DNA of 64,000 nucleotides from Basidiobolus meristosporus CBS 931.73 (GCA_002104905.1 MCFE01000426.1:13461-77460), one strand, 5' to 3'. Positions 25,065 through 37,316 are shown, counted from the stretch's first letter. Notes: a model not told the origin generated them from the letters alone. Program-made: numbers and translations.

Positions 25065-26398
25065 CGAAATATGGACAAGCGAAATCTATGATGCTAAAAT
25101 ATTGGCAATGCTAGCCAAGAAAGGGATAAAGAAGAGGATCAGGGGAGAGGGCCAGAGATCTTTAGTACAGAGGATGAACAGTCCTGTACCACCCATTAAA
25201 TATGACAAGGGGCGGGTCATCGTGTACACTTCAGACTTCACACATCAGAATGAAAACAGGGATGATCAAATGAGACAGGGTTAGGGTAGGGATTGCCTTG
25301 AATGATAAAGACAGTGTCAGACAGAAACCAATAGAGTAAATCTTTACAAACACAATTGAGATGCACGAGGTGCCTGTAACAATCACAGTTCATGTTTAAT
25401 GTCACTTCTGCCATCATGTTGCTTCACTTTGCCTCTCCTGAAAATGTCTGACTGAGTTAACAAACCTAGGCAAACGGATAGAAAACACCAGTGATCTACA
25501 GACCGTTGTGGCTGCTGCGCTGAAGCTCGCTCATGATGCTTGGACACTTCTTGATGGAGTCTCATGCGTCATTGGCTAGGTTCCAGATCAGCTTGCTGGA
25601 GTGACAACTCTGGTGTATTCATAATGGCATGATTCTTAACAAATGGGATGGGACATCTTTTCTCCATTTGGACATAGGGGTAACGAACTCCTTTTTATGG
25701 TGAATCACATTGCCCGGCATTAGGAAATAAGCCTACTTGGAAGATTGCAGGGACTAATCATGCCATCCTGCCTGGATAATTGTTGACTCATATATGAAGA
25801 TCTCATTTTTGCCGACTACCTTTGCTGTACCAGATGATGCTATATCATGCTATCTACATCCTTCCACTGAGCTGAGGGATGCATTTGCTATGTTCGTGAG
25901 TAAATTAGGTAGGTTTCAGACGAATCTGTTTAACTAGGTTCGGTGTGATGCACTGCTTATTACACCTACTGCCTCAGGGTCTGGAATAATCGGCCATTAG
26001 TGCAAAGCATTCACTTCATCCCTGAATTCCCTACTCAGCATATGGTCATAATAGTTGCTGATCTGAACAGAGAACCTGGTCACCATTTGCGAACTATAAA
26101 TACCTGATTCAACTGCGCTAAAGCATTGAAGATTTGGTCATTATCAGCATTCCACGCATACAGCACTATGTGCATGTCTGATCGTATCAATTTCCCTGAT
26201 ATCGTGCCCGATTTGATTCACACCTGTTGGCTGGTAAATGAATCCTAAAATACCAGAGCGGTCTGTAGGTATCGAGGTCACACCGTAGCAACGATGCGCT
26301 TTGCAGCATATGTACGTCGAATGCTTGAGTTTATTGTACATTATGGTAATTAATGGAAATGACTGATTGGTTCGGTAATTATACACAAATATCACTGA

Positions 26399-26908
26399 TC
26401 ACGAGTAGGTGGTCTCCTTGGAGGCTACATCTTCCTCCTTGAGGAACTTGGACTGTGGTTGAGTGGATCTGGTCAACGTTAGCTCACTGGCCAGCTCGCT
26501 GCCGAACGATGACTGCTTTAATATCAGGCGTCGATTCTCCTGCCTCAGCTTCGTCACCTCGCTATCCTTCCTCACAATGATTTGGCGAAGCGCATGAGCG
26601 GTAAGCTTCGCCTGGGCTAGCTCTTGAGATAACGCACGGTTTTGTTCCAGTAAATAAGTATTGTCAATACGTAATCTACAATCATCCATGGGTGTCGTTG
26701 GTATCTCCATGTCGGGGCCAGCCTCTAGAGAATTGATCGGGGAGTCACCACTTGGGGATATGGTATGGCAGGAGTGATGCGTGGGTGGGTGGGATGTCGG
26801 GTCAATATTGTGGGTCAAGCTTGGTGCAGATGAAGGAGAGCCTTTTCGTGTCAGTGATAGAAAGGGAGCGTATCGCGGGGAGGACTGGACACGTCGACGG
26901 TTTTTCAT
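26399..26908 (-). CDS. Hypothetical Ser/Pro-rich protein with a C-terminal coiled coil
   Basis: Open frame from the ATG at 26908 (the ORF extends upstream from a GTG at 27049). Heptad pattern LEQNRALSQELAQAK...LRQENRRL. Confidence 0.6.
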   Translation of the reverse strand: MKNRRRVQSSPRYAPFLSLTRKGSPSSAPSLTHNIDPTSHPPTHHSCHTISPSGDSPINSLEAGPDMEIPTTPMDDCRLRIDNTYLLEQNRALSQELAQAKLTAHALRQIIVRKDSEVTKLRQENRRLILKQSSFGSELASELTLTRSTQPQSKFLKEEDVASKETTYS

Positions 26909-27686
26909 GGTGTTGGGAAGAGAAAGAGTGGGCAAAAGTGGAAGGATGTGGTGGCTTCTTTTAAGAGCAGGGAGAACAACGCCATCAGAGAGTATAACTG
27001 GGATTACAATTAACTTGGTTTCAAAAAGAGAGCATTTCCCGCAGTACACGGATATGGATATATTTGTTTAAATCAAGTGAGAGTGATTGAAGGCTCGTTT
27101 AGTCATAGCTGATCGAGTGATGTTATGGGTGAGATTGCTCAGATGCCTCCGTCATTGTGCCTAAATAACATCTCCCTCGCTTGGTAAGGATGATGCTAAA
27201 CATACCCAGGCTAGGTCCAGGTCTCAGATTCCTGGCTAATGGAGGTGAAGTGATCCAGGAACACGGATGTATTCTTGAATGTCGCTTAATGTTCGATGTG
27301 GTTCATGTGGCGGCCTCCATTTGATAAGGACTGCCTCCATATGATTAAGGATAAGCTAATACAATCATTAGAACAAAAAAGTTTTAATTCCTACTTAGCA
27401 TAACACGAATGTCAAACACAGTATTAAAACACTCCTCATTTTGCTGAACCCGATGAGAATCGAATTTGCCTCATCATGCCTCCTCTTTCTTTAGACGCAT
27501 GTAAGATCTATACCTCCTCTCTCTTTAGCTTAACTGATGCATCTGTCCCAAGCCACATTAATTATCCGACCCACAAGCCTCCCAACTTAAAGTGCATGAA
27601 ATAGACTTGGCCATTTTATGTTAATATTACAATAGCGGGTTTCCTATTTGGTGGAGCCGTGATGTGGGGTATATGTGGATGTCCCG

Positions 27687-29039
27687 TCAATATCTGGAAT
27701 ACCAAAGATAGCGATCCTGACGAATATGTCCATACATCTCCCCGTCGGGAATAGTCGCTTGAAAACCCTGACTATGGTTGGTGAGCTGGATCTTTGGGGA
27801 CGGTGTACAAATATTCCACATCGGGTTCTCCGTGGATAGTGTGGATATATCAGCTGAATATCTACCATTGTGTCGGTAATAGTTCTTTTGGGCCCAGTAT
27901 ATTTGCATCAAAACATAGCGAGTGTTGTATGAGGCGTCCGGCTTAAAGCAGGCGTCCTTGGTTTGGTTGGAGAAATAGACTGTGCCCCACCATTCGGGGT
28001 TGTGGATGTCTTGACTGTATTGAGGAGACCAGGTGTAATGGTATCTTTGTAGGTGCGCCAGGATGTGGGCTCTCTTTCGACGTCTAGGGCTTTCATCGTC
28101 GTTGCTTTCCACGGACTTCGGGGGCCAGCCAGATCTAAAACGCTTAGTCAGCTCCTTCAGTAAACCAAAGGCATCACAATTAGTTACCTCATAAAATTGA
28201 AGTTTGAATAGCCATCGTCATCGTCTGGTCCTCGCTTGATGACATTCTTCAAGCGATGAATTGGGATGGCCATTTCCACAGACCAGTAGCTATTTAAATT
28301 CGGCCTTCCAGAGGAAATTTCCTCCACAGAATGGACGATGTGAACTTCGTGTGACGTAAAGGTGCGAAGTTTGAAGCCAGAGCCCAAATCCCACGGCCTT
28401 TCGATACCCCCATCGACAGGGGGTTTCGTGAACTCTACTGCACGATAAATTCCCAGCGGATTTACTTGGATTCGCTTGTATTGGTGATTTGTTCTATCTA
28501 CATCCAGGTATACCTCAAAAGTGTTGTCGATGAACTCTATGAAATAATGCGACTAGTTAATGGCCATCCCAGAGGCTCCTTATACTTCCTAACGCTCACC
28601 TCTGGACCCTGAATCGAGCCTGGTAACATTAGCTGCAATGAAAGGATCGAACAACATTGCGCCGATATAAACAAAATGGCTATCCCAGGCCACCTGTGCG
28701 TTGTGAATTTCAATAGTTCAATATTAGCTCGACGGCCTGCTGTCGCATATTTGAGTGAGAGTGAGCACTTACCTTTGTTCGCGTTAGCATGCTGATCGGA
28801 GGTGGTGGACCGTGTGGGCCTTGAATATTCCCAAAGTCCGACGTGTATGCCGCATTTTCCCACACTTCTTCGTCCAGCTTCCCATCGATAACCGGCGCCC
28901 GGAAAGTTTTCGGAGCAGGGTAGTGTTTCACCTCGGTTACTGAACATCGTTGATTCTCGCCATGACGTGTATGCTGAGCCTCCGTGTACAGGCCCAGAAT
29001 CCCAAAAGCAAACAAAAAGGAGTAGATCATCTCCACCAT
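27687..29039 (-). CDS. Secreted carbohydrate-binding family 9-like (CBM9/DOMON-like) protein, multi-exon
   Basis: Signal peptide MVEMIYSFLFAFGILGLYTEA, then PVIDGKLDEEVWENA, FEVYLD, QVNPLG, WSVEMAIP, NFMR, YTWSPQ...HNPEWWG and QIYWAQKNYY. Confidence 0.82.
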
Positions 29040-29579
29040 AGGTCGAAATAAGTAATATAGCTCTATTGAAAGAAAAGGAAGGAGGGAAGAACTGAGCTTC
29101 GAGCAAAATAGCCTGTATCCACACAAATATAATGAAAACCCGAACGGACTTCTATATAAATACAGTTACAAAGAGACAGCGGGAATGGAGATCTGAATGT
29201 CGGAATAGAATGAGCTTTCTCATGTGCTCGACTGGACATATTTAAGCGAGGGCGCCCCTATACTTCTCAACAAGCTATGCAAGTAAGCACACATATGTGG
29301 CTTCGTAAATAAATAGAGAATTCCTCTCCCCAGATACCCTGAATAAATATACATGGATTCCAGCACATATATTATTCAAGTTTATTTGGACTTCGTACTA
29401 TGACAATTCTCCGAACGTCATCAATGGTAATTGGTGCACAACGATCCTCAGCACATTCAAAGAACAAAAGCCATTTTTGACGGTTTTTACAGGCAGTATT
29501 CAAATGGCAAAACTAGACAACCAAAAAACTATGCTCTATTGGACTATTATTACTATAAAACTAACACTACACGAACACT

Positions 29580-30989
29580 CTACGCGCCTTCTATAAGATC
29601 GTCCCAGTGGTAATCACCACGACGATATCTTACTAGAAATCTTGGGTAGGTGTTTCGGAACATAAGCTCCTTGACCTCGGCCTGGACAAGACTATACATT
29701 TCGACCTCCCAGTGGCCGTTTTTTGCTTGAATTCGAATTTGACGGAAAGTATCGTCCGTTAGATTCACTTGGAACCTGGCGTGTGGTGCGATGAAGGTCT
29801 CGTAGATATCCTTGAGATGCTCCTGAACTACTTCGGGGGAAGTAGAGTTGGATAGAGTGGCGATTCTCGCGAATGCCTCGTAGAAAAGCACACACTCCAC
29901 AGTGAAATCGGCCACTGCAAACATCTTGAACTGGTAAAAGATGTTTGGTTTCTGAAGCATTGCCTCGAAGGACTCTCTGGTCCTATCCAAAACAAGAGAC
30001 TTTCCCTTGACGATGGGATGGCTGAGTGGTTTACCCTTCCGCAAATCGATCAGGTAGCTTTCAAACAAAGGCACTACGATGAGTAAAATGTAGACAAGGA
30101 CCAAAGGAATCAGTGTCCATATCAGGCCAGAGACATCAGGATCTATCTCATCTCTTATCTTATCTGTAGAGACAAAAATTAGTTGTAGCGTGTCTCCGAT
30201 GACATTCACAGCTGTGGCACTAGCAAGCTCCCGCCGAATTCCGTATGCATCGTGAGCATTGCGCATCAGTAAGATCAAAATTGGTATGATCACCAGTCCA
30301 TAAACGTAGCAGAGAACTCTACGCGGAACGTACTCCATGCCTGCGTAACAGTCCGTTGTAGGAGCCGGGCTCTGATTCAACCGAATGCTGAAGAGGTGCA
30401 CAAGTGCGTTGATGCCACTATGGATTAACACAAATATGATGAGCCAAGTGGTCATGTAGTTTGGGGTTGCGACGTATCGTCGTTGGTAAAACCAGTTGTT
30501 CTCTAGAATGGTGTCGTGCTTGATAGAACTGAGCTGGCTCGCCTCTACTGAATTCGTCTGGGTTAGGCTACGCAACTCCACGGACTCGTGGCTTTTTCTT
30601 TTGCTGAATGGGAATTTGGCCGGCTTTTTGGAGACCAAACTCGGCTCGCCACCCATCTTCGTCAGCGCATCTTCCAGCTTGGCCTCGCTGATTTGGTAAA
30701 AGAAATACAGCTTGACACACCTACCGATGATTGAAATGTATATCACGGGATACACAATCCCTGACATCCACAACACAACAGCACACGGAATCTTCGCTTG
30801 ATTGTTGGCACGAGCAACCATCAATGCGATCATGGCGCATATCCCTATCGCGGCAGAAAGTGTCAGTCGAGGTGAACGATAACGAATGCATGGGTATCTT
30901 CTTCTATGCCATATCAACGAACAGGCAAAGCATGTTTGCAGCACCCAGAAAGCGCCTATAACATAAAGTACAACTACGTAGGTCTCCAT
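29580..30989 (-). CDS. Multi-TM (7TM-like) protein with a C-terminal RGS domain, intronless, 469 aa
   Basis: About 7 hydrophobic segments in the N-terminal 310 aa. RGS signature FKMFAVADFTVECVLFYE...IYETFI...QVNL...EVKELMFRNTYPRFL. Confidence 0.88.
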   Translation of the reverse strand: METYVVVLYVIGAFWVLQTCFACSLIWHRRRYPCIRYRSPRLTLSAAIGICAMIALMVARANNQAKIPCAVVLWMSGIVYPVIYISIIGRCVKLYFFYQISEAKLEDALTKMGGEPSLVSKKPAKFPFSKRKSHESVELRSLTQTNSVEASQLSSIKHDTILENNWFYQRRYVATPNYMTTWLIIFVLIHSGINALVHLFSIRLNQSPAPTTDCYAGMEYVPRRVLCYVYGLVIIPILILLMRNAHDAYGIRRELASATAVNVIGDTLQLIFVSTDKIRDEIDPDVSGLIWTLIPLVLVYILLIVVPLFESYLIDLRKGKPLSHPIVKGKSLVLDRTRESFEAMLQKPNIFYQFKMFAVADFTVECVLFYEAFARIATLSNSTSPEVVQEHLKDIYETFIAPHARFQVNLTDDTFRQIRIQAKNGHWEVEMYSLVQAEVKELMFRNTYPRFLVRYRRGDYHWDDLIEGA

Positions 30990-31266
30990 TCGTGTAGGGG
31001 ACCTCCACAGGGAATGTGCCTAAACAACAGCTAAGAACCCGCGAGAGTCCAGCTATATATAGGCCCTATGGGAAGTCTCACAAATTATTCATCCCAAATA
31101 GAGTACCATGATGTGAACATAGCACAATATGGCAATACCAGCAATAAGCTGGATGATATTCGGGCACAATTTGAAGCGATGGGGCAAAATCTAACCACTG
31201 AAAATCCTCGATGGTTAGTTGTTGCTGCGTGTTGGTTGAGCTCCACACGCTCATGATCGATGCAAA

Positions 31267-31942
31267 CTAAAGCTCAGGTAACACTCGCGGCAGTGATGTA
31301 TCACAGGTATTCAGGTGGGCTCCAAGTTGCTCAATTGGCTCGGAGCAATAATGTTCTTTTTCCGTTCTAGACGCATCGAGTGTTCTCTTGAACACTACAT
31401 TGCAACAGAAGCCCATGTAGCAGTGATTGATGCTATCTAATCCAGTAACAAGTTCATCAGAACTTATTTCGGTGACGATTTTCTCGCTAACGCTGATTGC
31501 CAGAGGATAGGGGCAATTTTCTTGCCAGCACTGCTTGTCGGAGGGCAGTGCTGGTTTACTTGTTGGAAGGCGATGGTAATCCGGGTGGAAAAAGCTGCCC
31601 ATCGTTGGACAAGCGCCTTGCTGCCAATTGCCTGTTTCAATCGGGTGAGGGTACCTACCATTAATTCGTTTCGAATAGTGTAGTGACTCACTTGATGATA
31701 AGATGTGGTTTTTCTTCGGTCCATGCAGTGTTACATATAGCATCTGTGATTACCGAGCTATATATTCTTGGCCATTTATGAAACAACCCTTTGCCGACCA
31801 CTCCGAGCCTGCGAAAGATACAAATAATTTCAGGTTGCTGCACCAACCCACAAAAGTCTAGTTCGGCGCCTACCCTCAATTTCTGTTTAGCTAGTTCACT
31901 ATTTAAACAAATTGACTCCAATTGTTCATAAGTCATGACCAC
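31267..31942 (-). CDS. Hypothetical Cys-rich protein; possibly two exons joined by a 37-nt intron
   Basis: ORFs 31942-31688 and 31743-31267 join in frame via GTGAGT...TAG (LIIK|YPHP). No recognisable domain. Confidence 0.35.
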
Positions 31943-32064
31943 CCCAAGTGATGGAAAAATTTTCTAGTTGACTTGCCGAATACTCGATGCTGTAAATAAG
32001 TGACCAGCACCATATGCCACAATTTGTTGCCTCTCTGTAGTTATTGTTGGACTATCTTCTCACC

Positions 32065-32325
32065 ATGTTCGGCCGCATACTGAATCTTACTCGAATTACC
32101 ACCATTGCCCCAACCAGTGTTATCCTGGCCAGGTCTACACTTCTCAGACCTGTCGTAACACCAACTCTCCCTTCCTTGGCCAACGGCTCCCTTACATTCT
32201 ACCGTGGGATGAAGGTCCGCTCTTCCATCAAGAAAATGTGTGAAGGTTGCTCCATTGTTCGCCGTCGTGGACGTCGTTATGTTATCTGTAACCGTGACCC
32301 CAAACATAAGCAAAGGCAAGGATAA
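32065..32325 (+). CDS. RTC6: Mitochondrial ribosomal protein bL36m with a presequence
   Basis: C-terminal [38 protein letters not shown], preceded by an Arg/Thr-rich targeting sequence. Confidence 0.93.
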   Translation: MFGRILNLTRITTIAPTSVILARSTLLRPVVTPTLPSLANGSLTFYRGMKVRSSIKKMCEGCSIVRRRGRRYVICNRDPKHKQRQG

Positions 32326-33282
32326 ATGGACATTTGTTATTCAGTCGACCAACGCAATAGCCGTATGAGCGGTTAAAAAGTATCTGTCATTCATCATACA
32401 TCATTCATTCTCGAGAAAATAAACTCTCTTCAGCTGTTCAGAAAGCACGCGTAGCGCGGCACTAATTGGCGATTTAGGATAGAGTCATAATATAACATTT
32501 TTGGTTATTTTTGGCCATGTACGTTGACAGGCTCACTCGAAGTTATCGAAGCTACTTCTGGAGCATACGGTCAGCAAACTGTAGCCTGACTTGCGAGTAG
32601 CTTGGACTGGCATATTATATAATACCATGCATCAGACAACTCTGAGTTTCACAGTGTTGTTTACCCTTTTCAAGCAGTTATTATTGGGGGACAATACACG
32701 ATACAACTCCACCAAGTTTCTCAGGCGAATATTTATTTGTGTGACAAATAGCCTGGCTCCTAACAAACCGCGTAGGTTTTCACGATACCTCAATAAAAAG
32801 TCAACACGACCCCAAGATTGAACAGGAGGCGAAACTCACGCTGTCGATTGCCGAAATTGCTGTGGTGATCAGGATGCCTAGCACTGAAACCCCGACAACT
32901 GGGACGTATCTAGCCGAACACATGCAAAGGAGAATGGCATAAAAGAAAAAGATGGCCCATGTTTACCACTTATCCCTCCCAAACATTATGCAAGCCAAAA
33001 TAGGACACATTCGATGGAATCAATTTCAAGGGTCAATGAGAGGAATGATTAGCATGGAACCAAGCGAAAGCCAACGTTTGCGATCATCTACCATGCTGCA
33101 TCTTCCCTTATGTTTTACGAAGAAAAAATTCGAAAATTTCGGTGTGAAAGAAATTTTGCTGAATTTTATTGCCCGGGTACATAGTGAGCGGGGGGTAGAA
33201 TACAAAATTTTCACGACCGTTTGGGTATCTATTTATCCTTCAAGGTTTGGTTTCTCTCCCCTTTCTCCTTACTAACATAATC

Positions 33283-34011
33283 ATGTCCGTTGCCTCTAAG
33301 AACCCATTCGAGCTCTTGATGGACGACGCTCCCGTCGCTGTCACTGCCAAGACCGCCAAGAAGGCTGCCGAGCCTGCCAAGAAGGCCGAAGCCGCCAAGA
33401 CTGAGCAAAAGCCTCAAACCGAGAAGCGTGGTGGTGCTCGTGGTGGACGTGGTGCCCGCCGTGGCGGTCGCGGTGGTCGTGGTCGTGAATTCGACCGCAA
33501 GTCCGGAACCGGTAAGGTTGACTCCGAGAAGAAGGTTCACCAATCTTGGGGTGATGCCAAGACCGATATCAAGGAGGGTGAGAAGCTTGTCAATGGCGAG
33601 ATCAAGGAGGGTGAGAAGTCCGAGGAGGAGAAGGTCGAGACCCCCGCCGAAGAGGACAACTCCAAGACTCTTGAGGAGTACTACGCCGAGAAGGCCCAGA
33701 AGCTTGCCTCCATGGGTATTGCTCTCCCCGAAACCCGTACCGCTAACGAAGGAGCTGATGACTCCAAGTGGAAGGGTGGTGTCGCTCTCGCCAAGGAGGA
33801 TGAGGAATACTTTGCTCCTCTCAACAAGTCCAAGGCCAAGTCCAAGAAGGACAAGAAGGAGAAGGTTGCCCTTAACATTGAACAACGTTTCAACGAGACC
33901 GGCAGACGTGGTGGTTTCGAAGGTCGCGGTCGCGGAAACCGTGCCCCTCGTGGTGCTCGCAGCGCTAAGATCAATGTCAACGATGAATCTGCTTTCCCTT
34001 CCCTTGCCTAA
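33283..34011 (+). CDS. STM1: Stm1/SERBP1-family ribosome-binding protein
   Basis: MSVASKNPFELL, RGG boxes, REFDRKSGTG, SWG, KTLEEY, INVNDESAFPSL; strong codon bias. Confidence 0.92.
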   Translation: MSVASKNPFELLMDDAPVAVTAKTAKKAAEPAKKAEAAKTEQKPQTEKRGGARGGRGARRGGRGGRGREFDRKSGTGKVDSEKKVHQSWGDAKTDIKEGEKLVNGEIKEGEKSEEEKVETPAEEDNSKTLEEYYAEKAQKLASMGIALPETRTANEGADDSKWKGGVALAKEDEEYFAPLNKSKAKSKKDKKEKVALNIEQRFNETGRRGGFEGRGRGNRAPRGARSAKINVNDESAFPSLA

Positions 34012-34239
34012 ATTAAGACCTTTGATATCTTTTCTTAGACTTTTGGTTGTTTATTCATGTTTGATTGATGCACTCTTAGATATAAATAAAAAACCAGCAC
34101 AGAGCATCATTCTAAAATCCCTTTGTGCATGTTATTTATCTTCAAGACTATACGAATCAACTTCAACATGAACATAATCGAAATCACGTTAACGCATATT
34201 TATTATATTGCAACGAAGTGGGCTGAAACAAGAGGCAAT

Positions 34240-35038
34240 TTAATAACCATAAGCAGCAAGGGATTCGTTGATGGTCTTCAAATCTTCGCTCTTGGCAGCA
34301 GCGGCCTTGGCCTTCAAGTTGAGGAGAGCCTTCTTGCGCTCGTAGTAAGCCTTGGACTTGACCTTGCGCTTCTCTTCGAGCTTCTTGACAACATCCTCGT
34401 ACTTCCATCCAACCTCAGAACTCAAACGGCTAATAGTGGTGTACTTACGGCCAGGCTTGAGACGGAGAACACGAAGAGCAGCAGGAACAACCATGCGCTT
34501 CATGGTGTCATATGGAGGGGGAACACCTTCGAAGAGCTTAAGACGCTCCATGGCAGCAGTGCCACGGGCAGTCTTGTGGGGAATCATACCACGAATGGTG
34601 CGCCAGAGGATACGAGAAGGAGCACGGAAGTGATAGGGACCCTTGGAGGGGTTGACAACACAACGCTTGCGGAGGAAAGCGTGGTACTTAACTAAAAAGG
34701 CATTCGTATGAGATACTGTGGACATGGGATTAATCAATGGAATGGCATGTACTCTTGTTACGGAAGAAAGAGCCGGTGACGTTCAACTCCTCGCAACGAA
34801 CAACAACGACCTTTTGACCGTTGAGGATTTGCTTGGAAATGATGGAGGCAAGACGACCAAGAAGATGGCCTCTACCGTCGATGACAATCACCTAAAATGA
34901 GAAGGGTTGAGTATATGCAGGTCCAGTGATGAGTCGTTGTGATGTCATGGTAGCAGCTCTCTTCTGATGGCTGTATAGTGATAATTAATTGATAGTATAG
35001 AATTCTGTAGGCCTACACACCTTTTCGAAAGTGCTCAT
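34240..35038 (-). CDS. RPL16: 60S ribosomal protein uL13 (3 exons)
   Basis: MSTFEK|[16 protein letters not shown]..., [34 protein letters not shown]. Confidence 0.97.
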
Positions 35039-35566
35039 AGTATTTATGAATATATGGCAATTGCCGTTTATCGACCCGACAAGTGAAGAAAGAGGAAGAA
35101 AAAGGAATAGGTCCAAAAAAATATTTTATACCACCTGTTTGCAAGTCTATCAGGTATATTTCACCCGATTCGTCCTAATAAAAAGAAAAAAAACATGCTT
35201 GTTTAATGTTCACTCTGCTGGTAATTATCGTCAATTCCTGCTAATGAGTACATTATCGGTGGCTACTCTTTCGAATCACGTGATACGATGGATCTCTACC
35301 TTTTTTTCGTTGCAATGGAGCGTGAGCCAATCGAATTTCTTTCACAAGGTACTTCGAACAGGCAAAAAAGGCGAACACTTGAGAGATTCCTCCTTCTCTT
35401 TTCCTCTTGGTCACCCTTTGTCGGTAAGACACATTTTTTAATACTGTTGAGATGTGTAGTAGTTACCTCCAACGAACAATCTACACATATTTCAACGCCA
35501 TACATCACAGCGGACGGTTATTAAAGACGATTGGTAATATTTTCTAGAGAAAGCTTTATCACGAAA

Positions 35567-35902
35567 ATGGCCCCTATCAAGAAATCCAAGAAATCTGTTG
35601 AATCCATCAACTCTCGTTTGGCTTTGGTCATGAAGAGTGGAAAGTCCACCCTCGGCTACAAATCTACCTTGAAGGCCATCCGTAACGGCAAGGCTAAGCT
35701 TATCATCCTTTCTGGTAACTGCCCTCCCTTGAGAAAGTCCGAGATCGAATACTACGCCATGCTCTCCAAGACTGGTGTTCATCACTACAATGGTAACAAC
35801 ATTGAGCTCGGTACTGCTTGCGGTAAATACTTCCGCGTTGGTGTTCTTTCCATCACTGATGCTGGTGACTCCGATATCCTCAAGACCCAAGAACAACAAT
35901 AG
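35567..35902 (+). CDS. RPL30: 60S ribosomal protein eL30
   Basis: [14 protein letters not shown]...[17 protein letters not shown]...[16 protein letters not shown]. There is a probable 5'UTR intron (GTAAG ~35424 to TTTCTAG ~35547). Confidence 0.97.
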   Translation: MAPIKKSKKSVESINSRLALVMKSGKSTLGYKSTLKAIRNGKAKLIILSGNCPPLRKSEIEYYAMLSKTGVHHYNGNNIELGTACGKYFRVGVLSITDAGDSDILKTQEQQ

Positions 35903-36191
35903 ATTTTTCATCAGTGAAGTTCTATTGGGAGCGATTTGCTTCAGTTCCTTGATAAAATAAACTATAAATATCTTTATATTTAATACTGTATCTCAATGAT
36001 TTCAACTGCCATCTACCCTTGGTTTGTATTTCATCTATGAGCCCATCATATGTTCTTCGCACAGCGCATACAGCTAGATGAGGTCAGTTTAATTGAATGA
36101 CACGAAGCTTGAGGTATTAGATGTCATCTGACAGGTTTGGTGATTAATGTATATAAAGTCCGGCGAAGCTACTCATGTGTAATGGTCTGCA

Positions 36192-37316
36192 ATGGTATAT
36201 AACTCTATTAGAGATTTGGCACTCTCCTTCTTTGTTGTTGGTCTGGCGATTCTTCAGATTCCCGTGATTTTCGCATTAACCTTTTTCGACATCCTACAAA
36301 AAATTGTTCTCAGGAGAGCCCACCCACGCCAAATAGTCATCACTGGTGGAAGGTTGGAAAGTTGTATCCACGCTGCCGCTCCGTTCCCATTTTAACCTAC
36401 TCTTTTTTAGCTCGGATATTGGGGAAGCTTTGGCTTTGGAATATGCGCAACCTGGTGTAATCCTCCATTTGGTTGCCCGTTCACAATCGAGACTGAAAGC
36501 GGTTGAAGAGAAATGCAAGCGACTAGGGTGCACCATTTACGTACATACAATTGATGTAGCTGATAATCGCACACTTCAAAAAACATTGCTGGATATATAC
36601 AAGGACAGACCAATAGATTTATTAATTGCTGGTGCTGGGCAGGTCGACGACTTTCTGGATACAGATGAAGATCATGGCTTAGCTGTACCGCAGCGGGAAG
36701 ATATGTACTCTCGAACATTTGATATGAACGTGATTGGCATCATGAATACAGTCATGCCAATCTTCAACATAATGAAGAACTCAGGATATGGTGGTCAGAT
36801 CGCCAGTATGCCATAGCTTCAAAGTACGAGATTCCCAATTGTATGACTTCTAACGGGCCCTTGCTAGTTATAGGATCTGCGTCGGGGTTCATAGGTTCAT
36901 ATAATATGGTTTTTTATAACGCAACCAAGGTAAGAAGGCACCCTTAGATGATAGCTTCATACCGAGTATCTTGCGAGCGGTTAATTATCTAGGCAGCATT
37001 AAACACTTTTGCCAGAGATCTGCGGTATTTGGGGCAGGAGTGTGGAATTAAAATCAACTTAATCGTGCCTGGGCTCATCAAATCACCACTGAACATTCAA
37101 GATACCTCGTTTCCACGCAATTATCCCATCTTTGGAAGCATTCAAATTCTAGCCCAAGTGATAAAGTCCAGCTTATCGCAGAATGAGCCCATTATTAGCT
37201 ATCCCAATTATCAATTCATCGGTGTGTATGGAGTTGGTGCCTTAGTCCCTACTGTTCAACAATGGATAACTTGGTCTATTGGCTTGTTTAAGCCTCAGGA
37301 TACCAAAATTATCTAG
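36192..37316 (+). CDS. Short-chain dehydrogenase/reductase with an N-terminal TM segment, multi-exon
   Basis: IVITGGS|SDIG, LVARS, IDLLIAGAG, D.NVIG, GSAS, YNATK (YxxxK), INLIVPGLIKSPL. Confidence 0.88.

Noticed and set aside
33229-34695. Long antisense and alternate-frame ORFs over STM1 and RPL16 (also over RPL13, RPL30 and ARP3)
   Set aside because: Typical shadow ORFs produced by strong codon bias in highly expressed genes.
34923-34970. Perfect box C (GTGATGA) / box D (CTGA) with a CCA/TGG terminal stem inside RPL16 intron 1, resembling a C/D snoRNA
   Set aside because: It is on the strand antisense to the host gene and only 48 nt long, and I could not match the guide to rRNA. Probably chance, though a small-RNA check would be cheap.
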